Origin: Paragordius varius
Lineage: Eukaryota > Animalia > Nematomorpha
Assembly: GCA_964247055.1 (NCBI GenBank)
Contig: OZ176060.1
Coordinates: 558,001-622,000, forward strand
Direction of reading: 5' to 3'
DNA length: 64,000 nucleotides
The position numbers were made by a program, and so were the translations under genes. Each line of letters opens with the position of its first letter. Position 1 is the stretch's first letter. Positions 43,125 to 54,701 of this stretch are shown piece after piece. The notes below the pieces were generated by a model. That model saw nothing but the letters and a program-made list of their open reading frames with translations, ran no database searches and was not told the DNA's origin.

Positions 43125-43980
43125 TTAAAAATATTTTTCTACAGAAAATGTCGTATATTTGTATTCATTAATAAGAAAAAGATATGCAAAATAAATGTGA
43201 ACGATCTTATCTATCTTTGAATGTAAATTAAACAAAACTATTTATCACGTAATAATAGAATCATAATCGTATTTGTCAACCACTTAATAATTTTATATTT
43301 AATTATAGCAATAAAAGTACAGTTTATTCTTTAGAAGAGATGGATTTATTAAAATGGGCATTTAATATTAAAAATTCATTTACATGCCAAACTTTTACTT
43401 AGCGGAAAATCGCAAAATAAAGATGTCCCGATTAAAATATTTTTACTATCTTTCATGCTATCTTCTTAATATTTTTTTCAAAATATTCATGTTAAAAAAG
43501 GATTGACAGATTGTTTTCTCTGATAAATTAAATATATCATTAGAAATATTTGCATTATATTCTACGTTCTCAATAATAAATTTAATAATCTAAATCACAA
43601 AACATAATCAATCCGTCATTATTATTAATAAATAAAGTTTAGTAATTGAAAAAAGTATTATTATTTAGTAAGTGCAGGTTAAAAGTAAATCAAAATTAAT
43701 ATATAATATATTTTAGTTAAATATATTATTTAAATTATTAATAAATAAAATCGTAATTATTTAAAAATATTTAATACAACCTTGTAAGGTAAATTATAAT
43801 TATATATAAAATTTAAAAATATTAAAAATTTATTTTATTTTAAAATGTTTTAAACCCAAAAATAATTGAAAATAATTTAAATATTATGAAATGAAACAAC
43901 AGACGATTACATTACCAACAGTTTTTTAAATTGTCTGCTTTTTGTTTATTCGAAAAAAAATATTCAAATTTATTTGGAAA

Positions 43981-45922
43981 ATGGGTATTCATATTTCATC
44001 AAATATTTTAATTAAAATTTATTTAATTATATCATATTTTATTTAAATATATATTTTTTGTAATAAAATGTCAAAATAATTTGTTTTAAAAAAATTTAAA
44101 TATTTTTTATGATTTAATTTAATATTAATTATTTTGTTTTAAAATATTATAATAGAACCTATTATATCACTTATTGTTGATAGATAATATTTTTAGATTT
44201 GGAAATTTTGTATTAATTTTTTTGATATGATTCTATTTATCAATAATTATTTTTGGTTTCAAAAAATATATGTATAAAATTCCTATTCTAATTCAATGTT
44301 TTAACAAATACTCATCATAAAACATCAAGTTACCCAATATTAAAATTAATAGACGTTTTTATTTAAATAATTGGTAAAAATAATAAATTGGGTATAATAA
44401 TAATAATAAATATACTTTTGTTTTATATTCTTTATCATTTTTAAAACAGCTCCGCTTTTTTGAGAAAAATTTTAAATTTTTTGATTTTTAAACTTTTAAT
44501 TAATCTTCCATATAATAGTTGTTTCATTTGTGGGGTTGTTGTCTTGATAAAAATAAATTTATTACCAATCCGCGACTTTCTGCAATCTTTTATTAATATT
44601 AGATAATTTTTATTTTAAGTCAAAATTTTAGATTAAATCTAATACCGGTTAAATCCAAAAAACGTACAGATATAAGGGAAAAAACTAAATATATTTTTGA
44701 CAGCCATACTTTATATTATAGGACTCATGATATACAAAATAGGGGTTAGAGATGTAATTGATAATATAATGAATTTAAGATATCAGACATAATATTATAG
44801 TTTATGTTGAAAAGTATTTTTATAAACTTTGATTCCGTTATGTTTTTATTTTGTCTATATTCTTTCAACCATTACTCTATGATTTATGTATGCATCATCA
44901 TTTTATAGTAACTTGTTATAATTTGTTTGCAGCTTCCTTTCTTGTGTTGTTAGGATTTTTTGTTTCTTCATTGATAACTTGAGTTTTAAATTACATTTCT
45001 GAAAATTTTTTTAGATTTCGGCGACTCGACTTACAAACTTTGGTGTGATCTCGATACTAAACTTTATAAAGTAGAACTCAAAAATCAACAAGAAACGTAT
45101 ATTGATGATCCATATAAACCGGCCTCATTTCTTAATTTATTGAAAAATGAAGATTTTACAAATGATGACTTAAGACGAATTCTGAACGCTTCTTTCCACA
45201 ACCTTTGTTATTTAAGGGAACATAAAAGCGAAAATACTCTACAAAATAATAATTTAGAAGATGAAAATAAAAATAATACCAAAACCAACAAAGATACCAT
45301 AATTATTGATTTGGTAGGAGAACAGACAGAACCTTTACATCTTTCACTGAAAAAACCACCAAATATTATAAAAGATATTACTTCTGTATGCCGAAATATA
45401 GATTCCAATGATATAAGCATGGATAATATTAACAATTTATTTAATGATAGCCTTAATAATAATCCAAAACCTATTGAGTCCTTAAACACTCAAAAATTAG
45501 AGAATGAGTATCGATGTACTCAATGTGATAAAATTTATAAATATAAACATGTTTTAGCCAAACATATTCGTTCCATTCATGAACAAGTGAAATATCCGTG
45601 CAAAATTTGTTCAAAGTTGTTTTCTCAAAAAAGCTCTCTTACTGAGCACATTAAGTCGGTTCATGAAAAAATTAAACATGAATGTCCGATTTGTAAAAAT
45701 GCATTTACTAAAAAAGGCAATCTTGCATCATATATTCAATCCGTTCATGAACAAGTTAAGTATCCTTGTCCGATTTGCAAAAAAAATTTTTCTAGAAAAT
45801 GCCATCTTGCTAGGCCCATTCAATCTGTTCATGAGAAAATTAAACATAAATGCCCGATTTGCCTAAAGGAATATACTGAAAAAGGCAGTCTTGTCAGGCA
45901 TATTAAAAATGTAAACAATTGA
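43981..45922 (+). CDS. ZF-family copy E, only copy with both exons and an open frame: join(43981..43984,45015..45922), ~303 aa
   Basis: ggaaaATGG|gtattc donor, tttttag|ATTTCGGC acceptor, giving MDFGDSTYKLWCDLDTKLY...; motif is PLHLS; 5 finger units, 2 canonical and 3 lacking a His ligand (Y, P, N). Confidence 0.75.
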
Positions 45923-48475
45923 TGGTTAGCACAAAATTCAATCAATCTGTGTCCTCTCTCGTTTTTTATGCCCAAGCCCATGCCGCCCGTCATAGGAGGT
46001 GTTTTGTCTGTTCCGATGATTGAATTAAAATCGCCTAAGATAATTATGATATCCTTTTTTGAAATTTGGGAAATCGCCAAGTCGAGATCGCTATAAAATT
46101 TTTCACAGTCGTCATCGCTGTAAGAGGAGGTAGGTGCGTAAATTTGGAGGATAGTAATGATTGAATTTTGTGCTAACCATCGTTTCTTCGTCGCAAACAG
46201 CTTCTTTAAACAGCCCAAACGACGTCTATACACATGGCGTTCCCCGTGTCAAAGATACCGTAACCAAATTGACTTCATATTAGGTATGGTAAAATACAAA
46301 AGTTCATTTCATAATGTCAAATGCCTACCAGGATATGATTGCTACAGCGACCACAACCTATTGATCGCCAAACTCCGAATTAAATTACAACTTCCTAAAA
46401 CATCCAAACCCACAAGAACAAGATTAGAATATGATACAATCGACGACAAGTTTAGCACCGCTTTATCAAATCGTTTCGATTGTCTTGATCATAATTCCGA
46501 AAACTATCAGGATATAAACTTCTTTTGGAACGATATATATACAATCTGCCGAGACACAGCCGACGAATTCCTTCGGCCTCTCAAACGCAATAAAAATAAA
46601 ATAAAATTGTCAGCCAAAAGTCTCGAGATCGCAGAAAAGCGTAGAGACTCAAAAACCAAATGCAAATGGGATAAATACAAACAACTAAACAGTGAATTTC
46701 AGAAATGTGCAAGAGAGGACACAAATAAGTATTATGACCAACTATGTGAAAAATTAGAAACAGACGCCAAAAATAACCAAAACCTCTTTGCCCATGCAAA
46801 CAATATTATTCCACACAAAAAAGTTTTTTATAAGGGACCTATGAGAAACGACAACAACTCAATCGTCACTGAAAAAGACGAAATTCGCAAACTATAGCAC
46901 AAACATATAAACAAACTATACAATGTAAATAACCCCCCAACTATTAACGAACTTACTCAACAAAAAGAACCACCTATTATGAAAGAAGAAGTGGAACTCG
47001 CTATAAAACACTCTAGCACCGGTAAATCAGAGGGCCACAAAGACATCCCTACTGAAATAATAAAATACATTCCAATCGATATATTCACCAAATTATTTTA
47101 AACCATATTTGAGATGGAAAAAATTCCTGAGGATTGGTGTACATCCATTATGATTCCGATTTTAAAAAAGGGTAACCCAGAACTGTGTGACAACTATCGC
47201 ACCATAGCGCTCATAAACCAGGTGTCCAAAGTTTTTCTAAAAATAATACAATTTCGTCAAAATTCCATTCTTGACCCCGAAATATCCACGATTCAGGCTG
47301 GTTTTCGAAAAGGTAGAGGATGCCGAGATATGATATGTAACATGAGGTGGATAATCGAGAAACAGATCGAATTTAACAAAGAATTGCATATGTGCTTTGT
47401 CGATTTTTCCAAAGCATTTGATTCCATCCAGCACAATAAACTACGGAAAGCTCTAAAACAACTCGGAGTATCAACACATTTAATCAACATCATATTTTCA
47501 ATTTATTCAAATTCCACGGCTATAGTATCCACACCATACGGTATATCTGACCCATGTAGGGTACAAGTCGGCCTCCGTCAAGGATGCGTTTTATCACCAA
47601 TTCTTTTTAACGCATACCTGGAGTGCGTTATAAGAAATATCCCACAAACTTACGGCATCAACGTAGGTGGGAACCTACTTACATCCGTTTACTACGCGGA
47701 TGATACAGTCTTATTCGCAGACAGTGTAGACACATTATCGCAAGCCTTGCAAGTGTTTACAACTGAATGCAATAAATTTGGATTAAATATCAATTTCAAA
47801 AAAACAAAAGTCATGCAAATAAATCCGGCTCAAACCAATCCAATAATCCTCAACGGCAACCAGATCGAAACAGTTAGCAGCTACACGTACTTAGGTAGCA
47901 TTATTAATAATGAGAACAACTCTACGCCTGAAATAAAGCGAAGAATTGCTATTGCTAAAGCAGTAACTTTCAAATATAACAGGATTTGGATGTCACATGA
48001 CATTAAACTACAAACCAAAATCAGATTAATCAAAGTTACAGTTTTCCCCACATTCATGTATGGGGGAGAAAGCTGGACACTGAAAAAATATGATGAACGT
48101 CTAATAAATTCTTTCGAATTATGGGTTTGGAGGAAACTTCTTCAAACAAAATGGACAGACAAAGTTTCAAACACCACCATTCTAAATAAAATTAACCCAG
48201 AAATGTCACTTCTAGGCAGCTTAATACGGCAAAAACTCTCCTTCTTCGGGCACATCATGAGATCCAGCTCACTTGAAAAATCACTGATGCTGGGGAAAGT
48301 GAGTGTGCTCGTAAAAGAGGGAGAAGACGAACTCGTTGGATGGATAACATCAACAAAGAAGCCAACCAATCATTATCCGAACTAAACACCAGATCCGGTA
48401 TTCGCAGTGAATGGAGAAGCTTTATTTTGAATGTTGCAGTTAGTCTGAATTCACCTTAGCAAACAACAACAACAA
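45921..48475 (+). mobile_element. RTE/BovB-like LINE, 5'-truncated with inverted 5' segment (45921-46157), (CAA)n tail
   Basis: APE motifs QIYAPT...LGDFNS...NERG (minus strand) then FC..NSFFKQ..RLYTW...NQIDFI (plus); RT motifs NYRTIAL, FVDFSKAFDS, QGCVLSP, YADD; two in-frame stops (46895 TAG, 47099 TAA) and a 3' frameshift; aaacaacaacaacaa at ~48461-48475. Confidence 0.93.
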
Positions 48476-50253
48476 GCCTCATGAAAAAAAAAATTTTTTG
48501 TTAAAAATTTTTTTGCACACAGTCTATATATATATATATATAGCAGTGAATAATCTTCAATGCATACTTGATATAAACTTTATAAATATTAACCATATAC
48601 AATATATTTAATCTATTTTTCTTCGTCAATCAATAACATTATTTACCCTCTATTTAAAAGTGTTTTTTTCTATTAAGTGTAATGTTAGCCAAAAATTAGA
48701 AATAATTTGTTGAAGTATGAGGACTTCACAAACGATGATAAAAGGAGACTTACCTATAATTTTATTAAATTAATGGTTTTATATGACATATTTTTTCAAT
48801 AATTCGAGAGCGATACTAATACAATAATTAAGCATATTAAAAATTATCAATTAAAGTCTTAATAGTGACAGCCACCAAAGGATAAAAATATCTCAAAATA
48901 TTAGCCATCTATTTATGAATAGGAATAAATTAATTTAACATGGATGAGCAGCTATGTTTTGATTGTAGAAATAAATATTATTTATCAAAACTTTGTTTAA
49001 ATAAAGTAAAAATTTAAAATAGGGACAAAACGTAGGATAAATTTTTTTTACAAAGATAACCATAATTTTTCAAAACTCTACATATATATGATTCCAATTG
49101 TAAATACATAATTCATTTCCGTTACCAATTTAATTTCTATTTCACACTTTAAAATTCAAAACAAAGAGCCATATTAAAAAACATGTTAATATTACAGGGG
49201 GTGGAAAAAAAATTTCTATTTATATAGATTATCCGTATAATTGTAATTTTATATGGGATATTATTGTAAGTCAGATTATATCTAGGTTGTCATTTTACTT
49301 ATTAATTTAATATTTCTATGTTTATTTACAAATAATCACCTTAATAATATCTTGGGTAAATATATTATTTGTTAAGTTTTTTTATATAAGTTTGTGTAAT
49401 ATGCTAATTTTTTAGAATAAAATATACCTTTATGGCTAAAATTTTTTAAATAATTAAATTTATGTAATTTTTAAAGTTTTATTTGCAAATATTTTATAGT
49501 TTTAGTTTCTTAGTGCTTAACGGTTTTTTTAAAGGAGCGAAAGGTACACTCCTAAAAAGTTTAGGCTAAATTACGTTGAAAAGCGTAACAGATTAAACCG
49601 TAGAGCCTATTTGTTAAATAGATAGAAAACTAAGAGTATATGCAATAACCACTTAATTGTTGGCCACTTCACCTTATTTTATCCCCGATTGGCAATACAG
49701 TATCGTATGAGTAAAAAATAACAAACGGTGTGAAATATATATTTTTCCTATATCACAACATTAAATTTGTGTATTAATTTATGGACTGAATTGTTTTATA
49801 TTCTACACTACTGTATTGCTAATTAAAACCATCAATAACTACTGGACAGTAAAAATTGAAATTATAGGGACAAAACGTGAACATATAAAGACAATACAAA
49901 AGACAAACTATATATTTTAGAATCAAATTTATAGTATATATAATTAGAATTGTAAAATACATAATTAATTGTGTTACCAATAAATCTATTTTACAATCTG
50001 CAGTTAAAACAATCAGTTATATTTAGGAAATCAAGATATAATGGTTTCTTTAAGAAAAAATATTTGGGTTTACGTTTGGTCGTTATTCGATTTTTCCTAC
50101 AAAATAAACTCCAGAGAAGACCGGTCAAATATCCTTCCAAATATTTTATTAACGATGCATTTTGCAATAAATGTCTATAAAATAATATGAAACTGATCTT
50201 TATTTGAGAAATGGATATTTGAACAAAATATATTTAATGCTATGTTTAATATA

Positions 50254-51000
50254 TTATACATGTATATTATAAAGTGTTAAATTATGTACATTTTTAATAT
50301 GCCTGGCGAGACTGCCTTTTTCGGTATATTCCTTGGCAAATCGGACATTCATGTTTAATTTTCTCATGAACTGAATAAATGTGCTTAGTAAGACAGCTAC
50401 TGCGAGAAAACATCTTTGAACAAATTTTGCACGGATATTTAATTTGTTCATGAAATGATTTATTATGAACATATAATCCCGCTCGCGTTTTATATACTTT
50501 GTTACATAGGATACATTCATACATTTTTCCCGAGCTCGCTATATTATTTTCCATTAGTTCAGACTTTACATTATTAAAATTATTATCAATATTACTCTCA
50601 TTTTTGCCATATAAATGCACATTTGGTCGAAATCGATTATTTTCTTTTACTTTTGGTGGTTTTTTCAGCGAAAGATCTAGAGGTCCTGTCTGTTCTCCTG
50701 ACAAATCAATTATCGAGGGATTTTCGTTGCTTTCGGAAACGTTTTGAATATCATCATTCAAATTATTATTTTGTAGAGTATTTTCGCTTTTATGTTCCCT
50801 TAAATAACAAAGGTTATGGAAAGAAGCGTTTAGAATTCGTCTTAAATCATCGTTTGTAAAATCTTCTTTTTCTAATAAATTAAGAAATGAGGCCGGTTTA
50901 GATGGATCATCAATATACGTTTCTTGTTGATTTTTGAGTTCTACTTTATAAAGCTTAGTATCGAGATCACACCAAAGTTTGTAAGTCGAATCACCGAAAT
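50254..51000 (-). pseudogene. ZF-family copy F (type-II linker), terminal exon; frameshift in finger 3; exon 1 missing
   Basis: Acceptor tttttag|AT at 51001/51000; open through GPLDLS and two fingers (TRAGLYVH, RSSCLTKH); small deletion after CPIC shifts the last finger. Confidence 0.85.
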
Positions 51001-52094
51001 CTAAAAAATGTTGGAAAGTGTATTAAAAAAATTTATAAATGATGAAACCAAATGGCATATCACAAAAAATGGTTGATAGACATTAGATTATTATTGATTA
51101 CATAATATTTGGGTAAATTTTAAACTGTAATTCAACTTACTAAAAAATAAAAAAAAATCATCATTATTTATAAGGTTGCCTAAAGTCGCTTTTTTCAAAA
51201 AGCTGTGTTGTTTTAATTAAAATATAAAATAAAACACAAGTACATTTATTAATCTTTATAAATCCAATTTATATAATTTTTACCAATTATTAATTTAATA
51301 AAACGTTTATGTATAATATCAGGTAATTTACTAGTTTTATAATGAATATTTGTTGAAACATTGGAATAGATTAGAAATTTAATTTTTACGATTTAAAAAT
51401 ATATATTTTTGTAAATATTAAATTAGTTATTGATAAAAATTTATATCAAAATAAAAAAATAATTTAAAATATCATATATTTTAATTTTTTAATATATGTA
51501 ATATGCCAACAAAAACAGGATAATTGATATTTAATTTAATCATAAAAACAATTCAACCCAGTGAGTAACTAAAACTGCTAGAATAGTTATTTTTTAGCCA
51601 ATAATATTATCTTTCTTTCATATATGTCAATAATAAATAACTTTTTAGCAATTCAAACTTTCTCCTATCAAAATAAAAATAATCTAACAAATCATAAAAT
51701 TATCAAATCTAAAATCTAAAAATATTACAGTAAAATATGTAATTATCCGGACGAATTTTTTAACTAACGGACATAATTTTTTTATAAGAGACAGAGTGTT
51801 AAAATCAAAAGATTATAATTTTTAATTGGCGGACAAATTTTCGATTATACGGACAAATTTTTTTTTATACGGACATAAATCCGAAATATAATAGGGTAAT
51901 AGGAACTCTTATCTATAACACTGGACAACATTTCTGCCACTCGAGTTTTTTGCATTTTTTGATATTTAGTATCATTCTAACAGTAAATCTGAAATAAAAA
52001 TTAAAGCTCCTTGTAAGAATTTTGTATAATTTGATATTTTTGATTATACGCATTCTTTATTAAAATTTTACTGAAAAATGTTTTTATTTGAAAA

Positions 52095-53921
52095 TATACA
52101 AGTAAACCCATCACCAAGCAGAAGACAAGGAAAAATATAAAAGGATTAATAAGGAACTTAAAAGGCTTGTAAGATTGTTCAAAAAAGAAAAGATGGCATC
52201 ATTATATGAAGAGTTAAACAGTAGGCAAGGTTTAAACAAAGTTTTTAAAATTGCTCGACAAAGACACAGAAGAAAGCTGGACTTGCCCCCTTACGCGACA
52301 GCTATTAAAGATAAAAAAGGCAAATTACTCGTTGAGGAAGCGAAAATATTGAAAAGGTGGAAAGAATATTTCCAGGACCTTGAATTGGGCTTCAGTGAAA
52401 CAAGTTTACATAAAACACCAGATTATATATCTGCGCATATTGAAAGTATAACAAAAGAAGAAGTACAGGCTGGTTTAGAAGAGATGTCAACAAATAAGGC
52501 GGCAGGTCCCGACGATATGAACATAAACTGTTGGAAAATATTGTCAGAGAAAGGTATTGAATTTTTAGCGGATATTTTTTATAATGTAGTTACTACAGGT
52601 ACGATACCAACCAAATGGAAGGAGAGTTTCACTGTTCCCATTTTCAAGGGTAAAAGAGATATTAATGATTGTAATAATTACAGAGGGATAAGATTGATGT
52701 CGCATACAATGAAGTTATTTGAGAAATTACTAGAGAAAAGAATAAGAAAAATGGTTAGTATTGAGGGTAATCAATTTGGTTTTATTCCAGAAAAATCCAC
52801 CATTGATCCGATTCACGCAGTAAGAAGGCTAATCAAGAAGCATATAGAAATGAAAAAGGAGTTGCATGGTATTTATATTGATATTGAAAAGGCATTTGAC
52901 AGAATACGCACAATAAGGTGGAGCTTAAGACGGAAAAAGGTCCCTGAAAGTTACATAAAGATCTTAAAAAGTATGTACGAATCACACCAAACCAAAATTA
53001 AAACACACCAGGGAATATCAAGCCCTATTAAAATAAACGAAGGGGTCTATCAGGGGTCTGCAATCCGCCCGTTACTATTTATAATATGCATGGACGAAAT
53101 TTCAAAAGTAGGGCAACATGATGGCTGGTATTTTTTTTATGACCTAATAGTGCTGTCCGACGAGTTGCGTGAATTAAAAGAATCGGTGGGTAAATGTATT
53201 GATGTGTTACGACGATGCGGATTAAAAGTTAATAAAAAGAAAACGGAACTGATAAATTTTGGCGGGAAAAAACGAGAAATAGAATTAGAAGAAGGGTGGG
53301 TATTAAAAGGTCAGGAGGAATGCAAATATTTAGGAGCGATATTAGCAGCAGATGGTTCTTTAACACTTGATATTAATTTAAGAATTCGCAATATTTGGGC
53401 AAATTATAAAAGGATCTCAAGTGTTTTGTGCGACAAAAATATTGACCTAAAAGTAAAGGGTAAGATTTACAGTGCTGTTGTACAACCAACAATGATGTAC
53501 AACTCACAGACATGGGCAATAAAGAAATCAGAAGAGAGGCACTTTGAGGTTACTGAAATGAGAATGCTTAGATTGATGTGCGGTGTATCGAGGAAAGACA
53601 AGGTGAAGAATGTCTACATAAGAGGAAGTACGGAAATCAAATCGGTAACGCAAAAGATGATGGTAAATCGTTTAAGATGGTTTGGACATGTTGAAAGAAG
53701 AAATAAAAATTACATTGGTAAAAAGATTGATGATTATATTGTAAAAGGCAAGAGGGGAAAAGGGCGCCCTAAAACGCGATGGATAGATACAGTTAAGAGG
53801 GACATGGCAAAACTGAACCTAAAACGCGAAGACGCCTTAGACAGGGTTCTATGGCGAAATAGTTTACGGATATGACCGCTCGAAAGAGTGATATCATATA
53901 ATGTAATTATTATTATTATTA
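52095..53921 (+). mobile_element. RTE-clade LINE, 5'-truncated, 566-aa RT ORF lacking the catalytic (F/Y)ADD
   Basis: AAGPDD, WKESFTVPIFKGK.DINDCNNYRGIRLMSH, IDIEKAFD, QGSA, YLG, RWFGHV.R, GRPK.RW.D motifs; FFYDLIVL in place of FADD; (ATT)n tail at ~53905-53921. Confidence 0.92.
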
Positions 53922-53949
53922 TGTATATCAAACTATTATAGTTAATATA

Positions 53950-54040
53950 AATGATCCTTTCGCTGAATAGACTACCAAAAAAATCGATTTCGAAAAAGAT
54001 GTACTTATATGGCAAAAATGAGAGTAATATTGCATTTTAA
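53950..54040 (+). pseudogene. Remnant of ZF-family type-II linker
   Basis: gatcctttcgctgaatagactaccaaaa...atatggcaaaaatgagagtaatattg aligns to the DLSLKKPPK...YGKNESNI region of copy F. Confidence 0.65.
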
Positions 54041-54479
54041 TAATATCTAATAACACCACATACATATATGAAGGAATCCTTAGACTAATGGTTTGAGTAT
54101 ATTTTTTAATAATAGGTTCTAACAACTCATGTTTCATATGCCAATAATTATATTTATAAAATATATTAAGCTAAGAATTCAAGTCATAGATTAAATTGAC
54201 ATTTTATAACTAAATATCCGAAATGTTTTAATAATCAACTCTATACAAAAAGATATATTAAGATTCTATATTCAATTTTTAGCGACTGTTTTCTCATTTA
54301 TTTTTAATTATCTCTAAACACAAAATTTTCCAATTGGACTGTTCATGTGTTGAAGGGAAAGATAACACCTTCATTAAACAATATATTTTACCTTTAAATG
54401 CATATTTTACGTAGAGTAAATTCTAAAATAATATATTGATATATTAAATTTGTTAAAAAAGAGATATATATAAAAAATA

Positions 54480-54701
54480 TTACAATAATGAATTTGTTGA
54501 ATTGTTTTCTATGAGGGAATTTCGACCGCTCATATACATGTGGTAAATGTCGGCTGAAGATTTAATTATGCTTGTAACTATTGATTTCTTAAGTTGTGTA
54601 GGGTAACGAAAACTGTTTTTGTCGAAAAGAATATTGTTTTTTGAATACCATAAGCCGTGGCCTACAACAACTGGAATAACCAGAGTATTGCTGTATGTTT
54701 C
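54480..54701 (-). other. Possible terminal exon of an unrelated gene, product unknown
   Basis: 73 open codons directly after aattacag (ETYSNTLVIPVVVGHGLWYSKNNILFDKNSFRYPTQLKKSIVTSIIKSSADIYHMYMSGRNSLIENNSTNSLL*); higher GC than flanks. Confidence 0.3.
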
